Assembly (NCBI GenBank): GCA_964486045.1
Contig: CAZALK010000006.1
Location: 64,001 to 128,000 of the forward strand
DNA from: an uncultured archaeon
GTDB lineage: Archaea; Asgardarchaeota; Lokiarchaeia; Sigyniarchaeales; SOKP01
Length of the DNA: 64,000 bases
Direction: 5' to 3'
This document shows positions 19,952 to 29,429 of this stretch, piece after piece. Within the stretch, counting starts at the first letter, position 1. The number at the start of each line of letters is the position of its first letter. The notes beneath the pieces are model-generated. The model had not been told where the DNA came from. It made no database searches and saw nothing but the letters and a program-made list of their open reading frames with translations. Both the position numbers and the translations under genes were made by a program.

Positions 19952-21534
19952 TAGAACACCTCCTCAAAAAGTTTATCTTGAATAACACCTCTAGTCGCAA
20001 TTAATGCAGCCATTCTGGCTGCTTGTGCGTTACTAGGCATAATTATCACACCTACATCCTCCAGAAGCTTATACTGTTTATGAAATTCTTGAGGATCAAG
20101 GGATGTACCCACGATGGAAGCCACAACAGACAAATACGTCCCGTTACGTTCAGCATTGGCTTTTACTTCTTGTATGGGTGATATGAGTTCAGCTGCGGGG
20201 TTATCGTGGGACCCATATCCTAGAACAACATCCAGAAGAATAACAGCTGTACCAGGATCATTTCCTTCTTTGATTATTCTTTGATTCCGGAGTGTGTAAT
20301 CAATCATTGGGTGTGGTCTCCCTATTACGAATTCTTCCGCACCCATGTCCACACAAGTATGGTTCTTGCTTAAAGTTGAATCTTCTAGCTTCAGATGAGG
20401 TTTCAGGGGCGAATTGGAGAAAATCTCTTCGAGTAGAGGTGTCATAAGAATCAGCGCTTCATAAGAGAGAGTTCCACCAGTATAAAGACCCCGGACGAAG
20501 TTCTGATTAGAAGCCAATCTATCCCATTCTGATTGGGCGATAGAAAGAATTTTATCTTTTGACGCAGTAAATATATTTTTTATAGCTTGTTTTCCTTGAA
20601 CAAGAGCACAAGCTGTGGTGGCTGCATCTTCTAATGTTTTGGCAGCAGTTAAACCTTGACTTTCAATATTTTCAATATCACCACCAAGAAAATTCACTAT
20701 TACTGGCTTACTAGATTGATGTGCGATTTTTAGTACTGTTTCACTTACCTCTTGATTGGGTGGTTTAGAAATGAGAACTATAACTTTGGTTTCATCATCT
20801 TGTTCTAGACGTTTAATACCTTCAATCATCATGATGCCTCCTACAGTTTTGGAGAGGTCATTTCCACCAGTTCCAATTGCTTGAGATATACCAAAACCTT
20901 CATTATGTATCAGAGTGGAAACTTGTTGCAATCCTGTTCCAGCTGCTGCTACTAGTCCAATATTACCTTGATTAACAACATTCCCAAAACCCAAGACTAT
21001 ATTATTAATAATTGCAGTTCCACAGTCAGGACCCATGACCAAGAGACCTTTTTCCAAAGCTAATTGTTTGAGCTCTAATTCATCTTCAAGAGATACGTTG
21101 CTGCTGAAGATAAAGACATTGAGTCCTTTTCTAAGGACTTTCGACGCTTCTCTCTTGGCATATGTCCCCGGTACAGAAATAATAACTAGATTTGCGTCAG
21201 GCATCCCTCTAAGTGCAGAATCAAGTGTCTTGGGGACGATTTTGGTCTCATCTTTTGAAACTCGAGTTATAAGGAGTCTTTCAACTTCAGAGAGTGCATG
21301 AGCCATGCTCTTTTCATCTTGAGTGTCTAGAGCTATCACTAGATCGTTTGGACTTGCCTTCCTGGCATCTTCGGTTAGAAGATTCAAGGCTTTCAGAAAT
21401 TCCTTGTTGGTAGGTGTGCCCATGACAACACCAGCTTGTAACACCCCATCGAGCTCAGCAATTTTGTTAGATAATCTCATTAGAATCACAGAGTCTCGAT
21501 ACGTGTCTTTCCGAATAATTACAGTTACAGTCAT
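19951..21534 (-). CDS. fdrA: FdrA (AllF-like) acyl-CoA synthetase-family protein
   Basis: YRDSVILM, MGTPTNK, MGPDCGT, GLYTGGTL, GRPHPMID, LDVVLGYG; start ATG 21534 after GAGGT. Confidence 0.92.
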   Translation of the reverse strand: MTVTVIIRKDTYRDSVILMRLSNKIAELDGVLQAGVVMGTPTNKEFLKALNLLTEDARKASPNDLVIALDTQDEKSMAHALSEVERLLITRVSKDETKIVPKTLDSALRGMPDANLVIISVPGTYAKREASKVLRKGLNVFIFSSNVSLEDELELKQLALEKGLLVMGPDCGTAIINNIVLGFGNVVNQGNIGLVAAAGTGLQQVSTLIHNEGFGISQAIGTGGNDLSKTVGGIMMIEGIKRLEQDDETKVIVLISKPPNQEVSETVLKIAHQSSKPVIVNFLGGDIENIESQGLTAAKTLEDAATTACALVQGKQAIKNIFTASKDKILSIAQSEWDRLASNQNFVRGLYTGGTLSYEALILMTPLLEEIFSNSPLKPHLKLEDSTLSKNHTCVDMGAEEFVIGRPHPMIDYTLRNQRIIKEGNDPGTAVILLDVVLGYGSHDNPAAELISPIQEVKANAERNGTYLSVVASIVGTSLDPQEFHKQYKLLEDVGVIIMPSNAQAARMAALIATRGVIQDKLFEEVF

Positions 21535-21548
21535 ATTATAATACCTCT

Positions 21549-22469
21549 TCATTTTCTCCAATACGGGACAGTTAGTGCAGATGGAGCTCTTGTTGTCCCT
21601 CTAAATAGTACAATTACTACTAAGGCCACAATATAGGGCATCGCATTGATTAAGTAGATCCAATAGCTTGCGATAAGTCCCGCACCTATTAGATTAGACG
21701 CTATAGAGAATCCTATGCCAAATATCAAACTACCCAAAATGGCTCTGAATGGACTCCAGCGTGAAAAAATTACAACAATGATGGCAATCCAACCACGGTT
21801 TCCTGCCATAGCGCTATCATAGAGCCCTAGGTATCCCAATGATAAAAATGCACCAGCCAATCCTGCCATTGCCCCGCTAAAAATGTCACAAAGATGTCTA
21901 ATCAGGTTAACATTAATACCAGCTGCATCACATGCTTCAGGATTCTCTCCAACCGCTCTAATTTTTAGACCCCAAGTGGTTTTGTATAGGATCAACCCGA
22001 AAACAATCGCTAGGAAGTAGGCGAGATAGACAAATAAATTATGTTGAAATAAAATCTCCCCAAGCACAGGAATATCGCTCAGAAAAGGGATATAGATATC
22101 GGGTAGGATAGTGACAATTGGAACTGTTTCTTGATTTGCAGTAAAATTAAGAAAGTTAGCTAAACCGTTAGCTAAAGACAGGATTAGTAATCCAGCTATC
22201 AATTGATTGACTCTCATTTTGACACAGGTAAAGCTATGAATCAATCCAACACCTGCACCCGCAACAATAGCTGCAAGTGTGCCTAAGAAGAAATTCCCAG
22301 TTTTAAATGTTACCCATAAACCGACGAAAGCAGCGAGTGTGATTATTGCCTCGAGCCCTAAGTTGATTACCCCTGCTTTCTCATTATAAACTTCGCCAAT
22401 GGAAACAAAGAGAATCGTCACTGAGAGTAAAACTCCCCCTGCAATGATCGATGTAATAATATCTGTCAT
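21549..22469 (-). CDS. Nucleoside ABC transporter permease 2
   Basis: GEVYNEKAGVINLGLE, RAVGENP, GWIAI..FSRW; ATGA overlap with the upstream permease. Confidence 0.92.
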   Translation of the reverse strand: MTDIITSIIAGGVLLSVTILFVSIGEVYNEKAGVINLGLEAIITLAAFVGLWVTFKTGNFFLGTLAAIVAGAGVGLIHSFTCVKMRVNQLIAGLLILSLANGLANFLNFTANQETVPIVTILPDIYIPFLSDIPVLGEILFQHNLFVYLAYFLAIVFGLILYKTTWGLKIRAVGENPEACDAAGINVNLIRHLCDIFSGAMAGLAGAFLSLGYLGLYDSAMAGNRGWIAIIVVIFSRWSPFRAILGSLIFGIGFSIASNLIGAGLIASYWIYLINAMPYIVALVVIVLFRGTTRAPSALTVPYWRK

Positions 22470-23683
22470 GATGAATTCCTCGTAGTCATCCATTTTTGAA
22501 CTATCAAGACAGTGAGCACTAGCACTGCCTGCATAATGAAAATGATATCAACAGGGATTCCTGCTCCCCGCTGCATAGATTCTCCTCCGATTTGTAGAAC
22601 TGCAAAGAAGAAAGCAGTAAAAATTACACCAATGGGATGAAAGATTCCCAAAGCTGCTACTGCTATTCCTATATAACCAAAACCAGGAGAAAATCCACTA
22701 ATCAAGTAATGATGTACACCAAATACTTCCATAAACCCTGCTAGTCCAGCTACTCCCCCACTTAGCAGTCCTGCAGTAATCACAACCCTAGTTACGTTAA
22801 CTCCTCCATGTTCGGAAGCTCTTGGATTTTGTCCAACAGCTCTAATTTTATATCCAATTGTTGTTTTATATAGAATCATATAGATAATCAAAGCTATAAT
22901 GACCACTAGAAAGACACCTACATGAAGCCTGTATATGCTATATTCTCCGATGGTTATTGCTTCTATTGCTTCTAATAATCCCATACTTAAAGTAATAATT
23001 GTAAGAGTAAGAAATGTAAAAACTAATGCTAAATATAGCATAGGATGCACTTTTCTTTCTTTCCATTTTAGATACATCTTAATTGTAACTGCTAATCCAA
23101 ATATAGATATGAAAACATAAGTGACAAATATTAGATCTATCAAAGGCAACCAAGTTGACTCTGGAAGGAAATATGTTCTTGGATTGAACGAAGCTGGATC
23201 CTTGAGCGGTCCAATAGTGAGCCAAGCGATTAAAAACATCGCAATGAAGTTCATAACGACAGTTGGAAATATTTCGTTAATTCCCAGCTTGGTCTTCATG
23301 ATAAGGGGGATTGCTAACCATAACACTCCTCCCATGAAACCTGCAATAAATATCAATGGTATTGCGATAAAGCTAGATACTAATTCCATCCTAGCACCAA
23401 CCAAATACGCTAGAAGCGCACCAATGTAGAGTTGCCCCTCGATACCTAAATTCATAAATCGAGCTTTGAGAGCAATCAGGAAAGCCATTGCGGTCAGTAG
23501 TAGTGGAATAAAGCGGATTAGCGTTTCACTAAAACTATTGGGATTACCAAAAGCACCGGTAGGTATTGATACTAAAGCGCTGATAGGATCGTAACCCAAC
23601 AATAGTAGGGTGACAGAGAAGACAATTATGGCCAAGAACAATCCAATTGGATAAGATAAGTAATTTAAATATTTCTTTGCCAT
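22466..23683 (-). CDS. Nucleoside ABC transporter permease 1, with an internal two-TM insertion
   Basis: NLGIEGQ, INEI, RAVGQNP, GFGYIGIAVA motifs. Confidence 0.9.
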   Translation of the reverse strand: MAKKYLNYLSYPIGLFLAIIVFSVTLLLLGYDPISALVSIPTGAFGNPNSFSETLIRFIPLLLTAMAFLIALKARFMNLGIEGQLYIGALLAYLVGARMELVSSFIAIPLIFIAGFMGGVLWLAIPLIMKTKLGINEIFPTVVMNFIAMFLIAWLTIGPLKDPASFNPRTYFLPESTWLPLIDLIFVTYVFISIFGLAVTIKMYLKWKERKVHPMLYLALVFTFLTLTIITLSMGLLEAIEAITIGEYSIYRLHVGVFLVVIIALIIYMILYKTTIGYKIRAVGQNPRASEHGGVNVTRVVITAGLLSGGVAGLAGFMEVFGVHHYLISGFSPGFGYIGIAVAALGIFHPIGVIFTAFFFAVLQIGGESMQRGAGIPVDIIFIMQAVLVLTVLIVQKWMTTRNSS

Positions 23684-23723
23684 ATAAAATCAATCATTCT
23701 GTGTTCGCAATATCGTTGTTTTA

Positions 23724-24974
23724 CTATGTATACTTCTTAGCAAAGGCGACAAAAGCTCCTTTAAAACATTCCATTGGAGGGTCAGCCCTACCTCCTCCGA
23801 TCATAGGATGTCCACCGTCTTTGTGAGCCATACCGGTATTTATAACAGGTAAAATTCCTGTTTCAACAACTTTTCTTATATCAATCCCCACAGGAACACC
23901 AATGAAGTCAAGGTAAGGGATCTGAAAAAGAGTGTCCTCTGTTTGGGTGATTTCATACATCTGTTTAGTGCGCTCAATAGCATCTTTGAAATCTCTTCCT
24001 ATGAATCTTGCATGACCAGGTGCTGCTGGTGCTGCCATCCCTCCAAAACCTCTCGTTTCTGAGATGGCACTATCTCCAAGATCTAATGTAGAGTCTTCCT
24101 GTCGATATCCAGGGAAGGTGTATCCTATTATCGTCCCTGCAGGTCCAGTAAACCATTCATTCCCAAGTCCGCTGACTTGAATACCAAAATCCACTCCATT
24201 TCTAGCCATTGCAGTTACTATTGTACTGTACTCGATGTTCTTGGCTGGATCCATCATTGCCTTGCAAGATGCCATCATCAAGTTTCCTCCGTACCAGCGT
24301 CCTGGGTTGGTGTTGAAGTACTCCCCAACCTGAGCAAGGGTATCTTTATCGAAATCTGTCTTCACAATATGTGGTAGAAGACGACTCACAAAAACACTCC
24401 TAGTACCATCTAACTTGCCATGAAGCTCATCACCCATCTGTATGCCGGTTGCAAGTATTTCTTTAAGGTTAATCCCACCCGCCTCCTTGATAGTTGCTTT
24501 CAATACTGGTGCAAGTATATTTCGTACAAAATCAAGCTCGGTAATTGACTCATACTTATTACCGAAAGCTGTCAAACTTGTTTGTTGAAGGCAATAGGAA
24601 GTGTTACCATGTACCGGATTCTTAACCACAAGAACTGGAAGGGATGCTGATGTAGCTCCGCACATTCCACTAACTGCATCGTAGTTGTGGTTGGGTTCGA
24701 TTATAACTTCTCCGGTCTCAGCTAGTCTTGCAGCTTTTTCAGGTGTGTCAGCTAATCCTTCATATCTTATCAGATTTGTAATTGCATATTTCTGTGTATG
24801 ACACATCCTCTCCCACTCAATTGGAGGTCCTGCATGTGTAAACAAATTGCTCTTAAAACCGGGTATAATTTTACCCGCCGATTCAATATCAACGAGGTTA
24901 CATTCAGCTGACAGTACCCTCTTGACTGCCTCTTCATTTGCTTTTTCAATTTTGGAACTTATCGAATTTGCCAT
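23724..24974 (-). CDS. DUF1116 protein (YlbE/YahG, AllG-like)
   Basis: HAGPPIEWERM, MGDELH, RNGVDFGI, DLGDSAISE, PVINTGMAH. Confidence 0.9.
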   Translation of the reverse strand: MANSISSKIEKANEEAVKRVLSAECNLVDIESAGKIIPGFKSNLFTHAGPPIEWERMCHTQKYAITNLIRYEGLADTPEKAARLAETGEVIIEPNHNYDAVSGMCGATSASLPVLVVKNPVHGNTSYCLQQTSLTAFGNKYESITELDFVRNILAPVLKATIKEAGGINLKEILATGIQMGDELHGKLDGTRSVFVSRLLPHIVKTDFDKDTLAQVGEYFNTNPGRWYGGNLMMASCKAMMDPAKNIEYSTIVTAMARNGVDFGIQVSGLGNEWFTGPAGTIIGYTFPGYRQEDSTLDLGDSAISETRGFGGMAAPAAPGHARFIGRDFKDAIERTKQMYEITQTEDTLFQIPYLDFIGVPVGIDIRKVVETGILPVINTGMAHKDGGHPMIGGGRADPPMECFKGAFVAFAKKYT

Positions 24975-25086
24975 TTCAAATCATTAATCCTATAATTTTG
25001 ATTTTATCAACTATTATATAATATTCATCTAAAATGATCAATGATTAATAAATGATGAAGGACTATAGAAATAATCTTACTAAAAA

Positions 25087-26328
25087 ATGAAATTAAAAAT
25101 GGATAGATTAAAAATGAAAATGAATATGAAGTGGAGATTCTCCATAATCGTCCTGACGGCTATATTTCTGGTTTCAATGGTTCCAAATACAACCGTGATG
25201 ATCTCGAATGACGCAGTACAAACTGAGGCACCTACTCTGAGTACAAGTCATAAAAAGGCTGCTCTTATGATTGGTGGAGATGAAACCGACTTGGGATTCT
25301 CTTGGGTGGCAATACAAGGCATGTACGAACTGAGGGACAAATATAATTGGAGTATAAGCATATCACGACAAGTAGCGTTTCCCGATCAGTATAATGTAGC
25401 TAGTGCTTACGGTGCTGCCGGATATGATGTAGTTTTCATGGTCGGAGGCCAATTTATAGAAACTTCCTACTTCTCGGGACTTCCAGATTTATACAATCAA
25501 ACCGTATGGGTTCAGATACCCGGTCTTAATTTCTCACTCGCACAAAATCTTGTGGGTCTTCATCCAAATTTCCAGACAGAAGGTCACTACCTAGCTGGAG
25601 TACTCTCAGGATTGATGACAGAAACCAATAGTGTGGGTGTAGTTTTTGGACAATGGTTTGAATACTTGTCAATGGAGTTCTATGCTTTTAAAGCTGGCTT
25701 TGAGAGTGTTAACAGTGATGGTTGTGTGCATGGCATAGTCGCTGGTACTTGGGGTGATGCTGCGCTTGGTAAACAGATCACGAAAGCGTTAATAGAAACA
25801 AAAAATGTTGATATTGTTGTCCAGGTAGCTGATACAACTGGAAGAGGAGTTATCGCTGCTGCCGTAGAGGCTGGTATTGCGGTAATCGGAACGGTTGGTG
25901 ATCAATACAGCTTAGCACCTTTAAACACAATGACTAGCATTGGGATGAATACATCAATCGTGATGGATTATGTCATATCGAACCTCGAAAATGCAACACC
26001 ATGGAATCTGTATTATGCATCTTTGAATATGACAGAGGTTGGTGGCTTCCTATTTCCTTACCATCATTATAATGATACAATCCCTCAGTCAGTGAAAGAT
26101 CAAGTTGATAATGCCGCAGCCGCTATTGCTAACGGTACAATCGTAGTCCCTGAAATATGGTATGATGACGCCGGCCCAGTAGCTCCTACAGACTGCCCCA
26201 TAGATGCGGCCCCAGCGATACCTGGATACCCCCTTTTCTATATAGGGATAGCAACAACAACAATGCTTGGTGTGATGTTTGTATTGATAAACAGAAAACA
26301 GAGAATCGTTAATAAACACAAATCTTAA
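25087..26328 (+). CDS. BMP-family ABC substrate-binding protein with C-terminal Loki-CTERM-type anchor
   Basis: N-terminal signal, DLGFS, YLAGVLSG, TWGDAALGK; C-terminal IPGYP + TM + basic tail. Exact start among several ATGs is uncertain. Confidence 0.88.
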   Translation: MKLKMDRLKMKMNMKWRFSIIVLTAIFLVSMVPNTTVMISNDAVQTEAPTLSTSHKKAALMIGGDETDLGFSWVAIQGMYELRDKYNWSISISRQVAFPDQYNVASAYGAAGYDVVFMVGGQFIETSYFSGLPDLYNQTVWVQIPGLNFSLAQNLVGLHPNFQTEGHYLAGVLSGLMTETNSVGVVFGQWFEYLSMEFYAFKAGFESVNSDGCVHGIVAGTWGDAALGKQITKALIETKNVDIVVQVADTTGRGVIAAAVEAGIAVIGTVGDQYSLAPLNTMTSIGMNTSIVMDYVISNLENATPWNLYYASLNMTEVGGFLFPYHHYNDTIPQSVKDQVDNAAAAIANGTIVVPEIWYDDAGPVAPTDCPIDAAPAIPGYPLFYIGIATTTMLGVMFVLINRKQRIVNKHKS

Positions 26329-26359
26329 TTAGGCTCCTACGGAGCAAAATAATTAATTT

Positions 26360-26386
26360 GACTGAGTAAATCGGTCTTTTTTTTTT
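26360..26386 (+). terminator. Hairpin plus T10 terminator after BMP gene
   Basis: GACTGA-gtaaa-TCGGTC stem (one G-U pair) followed by 10 T. Confidence 0.55.
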
Positions 26387-26713
26387 ATTACTTTTTAGTT
26401 AATATACTATTTGATTTCCAACTATCCTGGAGCAATGAACTTGTAAATTAATCGGGGGTGATGATAATTTTTTTAGGATTATTCAATTATAACTGAAAAA
26501 TTATATTTGTGATTAGTTTATTAAAAATTAGTTTTGAGTTATTCCCAATCTTTAATAAAAATAGTCATAGTCATCTTAATAAGAAAATAAAAAAACATTT
26601 GTGTAAATCTTTACCTTTTGTCTTAATAAAATCAAAAAGAATAAAAGTATCAATTAGTTTATTATATAAGAAATATCACACTAATAAAAATTTGGTTTCA
26701 TAAGAGTGATCCA

Positions 26714-27805
26714 ATGCGCTTAATAGAACAGAAAAGAAAAAACAGTATATATCTTTATTTTTTAGCTAAAGGGCAAAGAAAATATTTAGGAAAACCTGAT
26801 AAGATAAATCAAGAAAAAGCAAATGAAGCATTAAATCTTCTTGATACTCAAATTACGGAGTATAAATCTTTTCGAGACAAAATTGAAAAATATCTCTATG
26901 GAAAACGTGAAATTGAAATCAAAGATTCTGAATATAAAATGATCTTTTTTGACATGGATGGAGTTTTGTTTGAGAAACCATGGCAAGAAAGTAAAAGTAA
27001 AAAGGTTGCTATTAGTACATGGGATCTCCTCTTCAGAAAATTAGGACAAGACGATATATTTGAGGCGCTTAAGAAAAATTTTGAAAATGGTCTTTATGGT
27101 GACGATGTTGACAGCTATATAAAATGGAAAGAAGCTACGTGTAAAACCTTGAAAATCATACCGTTGGATGAGAAAACTTTCCAAGATGTGATTGACAGTC
27201 GAATTTTATCTCGAGGTGCCAAAGAATTATTTCAAATATTGAAAAAAAGTAAGATTAAAACAGCTATAATTACAGGTAGTTTCTATAGGCTTGCACAAAG
27301 GGCAAAAAAAGAATTAAATGATGTCAATCATGTCAGGGCTCATTGTCGATTGTTTTTTGATGACAATAGTTTATTAGAAAGATGGGAGCTAAATAAAACT
27401 GATTATAAACATAAGATAGAAATTATGGAAGAACTTGCTTTGAAAGAGGGAATTATTGATAAAAATGGGCATCCTGACCTTAATCAATGTGTATATGTTG
27501 GGGATGATGTTAACGATCTAGAAGCTTTTGGAGCAGTTGGGCTGGCAATTGCGTTTAATTCACATAAAAATATCGTTAAGAAGGCCGCTGATATTATAAT
27601 AATAGGTGGAGACTTAACTGAGATTCTTTCTCCTCTTTTCGATTTTGAAATGGATAAGGAAAAAATATCATTTTATGTATCAAAAGATGTAAAAGATGAA
27701 TGGCTAAATTTTGCTAAAACCAAAGATTATTCTACGTTACCTGATTTTATTATGAAAAGTATTGAATTCTACATTAAAGAAGAAAGAGCTTCCTCAAAGA
27801 CATAG
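26714..27805 (+). CDS. HAD phosphatase (SerB-like) with extra N-terminal domain and C-terminal ribbon-helix-helix-like domain
   Basis: FFDMDGVL, ITGS, YVGDDVND; C-terminal KISFYVSKDVKDEW..TLPDFI..SIEFY. Confidence 0.8.
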   Translation: MRLIEQKRKNSIYLYFLAKGQRKYLGKPDKINQEKANEALNLLDTQITEYKSFRDKIEKYLYGKREIEIKDSEYKMIFFDMDGVLFEKPWQESKSKKVAISTWDLLFRKLGQDDIFEALKKNFENGLYGDDVDSYIKWKEATCKTLKIIPLDEKTFQDVIDSRILSRGAKELFQILKKSKIKTAIITGSFYRLAQRAKKELNDVNHVRAHCRLFFDDNSLLERWELNKTDYKHKIEIMEELALKEGIIDKNGHPDLNQCVYVGDDVNDLEAFGAVGLAIAFNSHKNIVKKAADIIIIGGDLTEILSPLFDFEMDKEKISFYVSKDVKDEWLNFAKTKDYSTLPDFIMKSIEFYIKEERASSKT

Positions 27806-28338
27806 AATAAGATCCCTCTCTTTGAGGAGGAGTAGCTTTATCCATGGAAAAAGCAGAAATCTTCATTAACCTCCTCCCCTAGTCTCTTATCTCTGGGGAA
27901 ATTAGCCAACATTTTGTTTATCCACAAGAGGAACATTGGGAAATGATGCTAAATTTATTTATTGTAATGAAGCATTCAATGAATTATTGAAAAATTAAAT
28001 TAGTTATTGTTTTATTGAAAAGTCATAAATAAATTCTTCAAATCTATTATCATTAAAAAATATAACAAACAGAAATTTCTAATTCTTAATTTAGGTTTAT
28101 GCTAATTTTCTATAAATTTTTCATAATTAAATGACAATGCTTTAATCTAGAGGATATTTCAATAAACCCTAAAATTCTATGGGAATGAAAGAGGGGTAAA
28201 AAAGATATGTATGCTATTCTGCATATAATAACCAATCAAATTCTTTTTTGACGTTGAAAATATAATTTTCAAAAAATTATGATATTAAGATATAATAATG
28301 TTTAAATAATTATGTTTTTATATTTAATTCAAGCAAAA

Positions 28339-28671
28339 ATGAATGTATCCGAAGATTTGATCAATTTTTTCAAAACACTGGGAGAATCTACTAGATTAAA
28401 TATTATAAATTTTATTGGGGAGGGAGAAAAATCAGCCCAAGAGATCCAGAGTGGCTTGAATAAAAGCCAGTCTATAATCTCTCAGAGATTAAAGAATCTT
28501 ACTGATTCTGATATTATAACTGTCCGGAGAGAAAGACATCAAAAATATTACAAAATCAAATATCCAAATGTATTAGAAATCATCTCTGGAGCAGAAAATT
28601 TAATCTCACAAAAAAAGAAAGCAGAAATGGATAGATTAACTAGTGATGATATCTTGGACACATTATTTTAA
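28339..28671 (+). CDS. ArsR/SmtB-family transcriptional regulator
   Basis: FKTLGESTRLNII, SQSIISQRLKNL, KYYKI winged-HTH pattern. Confidence 0.9.
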   Translation: MNVSEDLINFFKTLGESTRLNIINFIGEGEKSAQEIQSGLNKSQSIISQRLKNLTDSDIITVRRERHQKYYKIKYPNVLEIISGAENLISQKKKAEMDRLTSDDILDTLF

Positions 28672-28700
28672 GAAAATCAAGCACTTAAATTTGATGGAAA

Positions 28701-29222
28701 TTGTCAGAAGGAAAGCAAAAGATAAAAATCTTAATTTTAGGATTGAAAAGTAGTGGAAAAACATCAATAGTTATTAGTTTACAAAAAAAAATCAATTTAT
28801 TAAATTTCATTAATTTGAAGCCCACACGAGGAATCAATAAAATCGAATTCGAAGAAGGTAATTCTAAATTTTATATTTGGGATTTTGGTGGTCAAGAAAG
28901 TTACCGGAAAGAATATATTGAACGAATGGATCGTTATTTCAACGAAACTAAGAAATTTATTTATGTTATAGATATACAGGAACAAGAACTTTACGACAGC
29001 TCATTAGGATTTCTTGAAGATATCATCTTAATCCTCAAGAATAAAGAACTCGTTACGAATATTTCAATCTTTTTACATAAATTTGATCCAGACTTAGAGA
29101 TAGAAGAGGAGATTCCAATAAACCTGGTGAAAAAAATAGAAGCTTTAATCCCGAAAGAATTTAAATATAAAATCTTTAAAACAAGCATTTACACAGTTTT
29201 TCGAAAAATGCCTTTTTCTTAA
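28701..29222 (+). CDS. Rag/Gtr-like small GTPase, G domain only
   Basis: G1 GLKSSGKTS, G3 IWDFGGQ, IYVIDIQ, G4 FLHKFD, G5 KTSIY. HKxD and TSIY are Rag-type rather than NKxD/SA. Confidence 0.88.
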   Translation: MSEGKQKIKILILGLKSSGKTSIVISLQKKINLLNFINLKPTRGINKIEFEEGNSKFYIWDFGGQESYRKEYIERMDRYFNETKKFIYVIDIQEQELYDSSLGFLEDIILILKNKELVTNISIFLHKFDPDLEIEEEIPINLVKKIEALIPKEFKYKIFKTSIYTVFRKMPFS

Positions 29223-29429
29223 AATAATAAATCTCTCCCAATTCCCTTTCTTAAAGATTAAAAAGCTTGTTTGTATAATTTTTGTCTACTTTTTATATAC
29301 AATTTGTGATTTACAAAACTTTAAAATTTCATAGGTTACTATGAATCTGAATTTTATATAGTGAACTGATTGTTTACTGTACTGGTGTTTAAGAAAAATT
29401 TTTAAATTGAAACAGCAAGGGATGAGGAT

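Noticed and set aside
27806-27960. GC-richer intergenic patch with GAGGAGG/CCTCCTC complementarity, a possible ncRNA or IS scar
   Set aside because: Only a 7-bp pairing; no recognisable RNA family, terminal repeats or transposase remnant.
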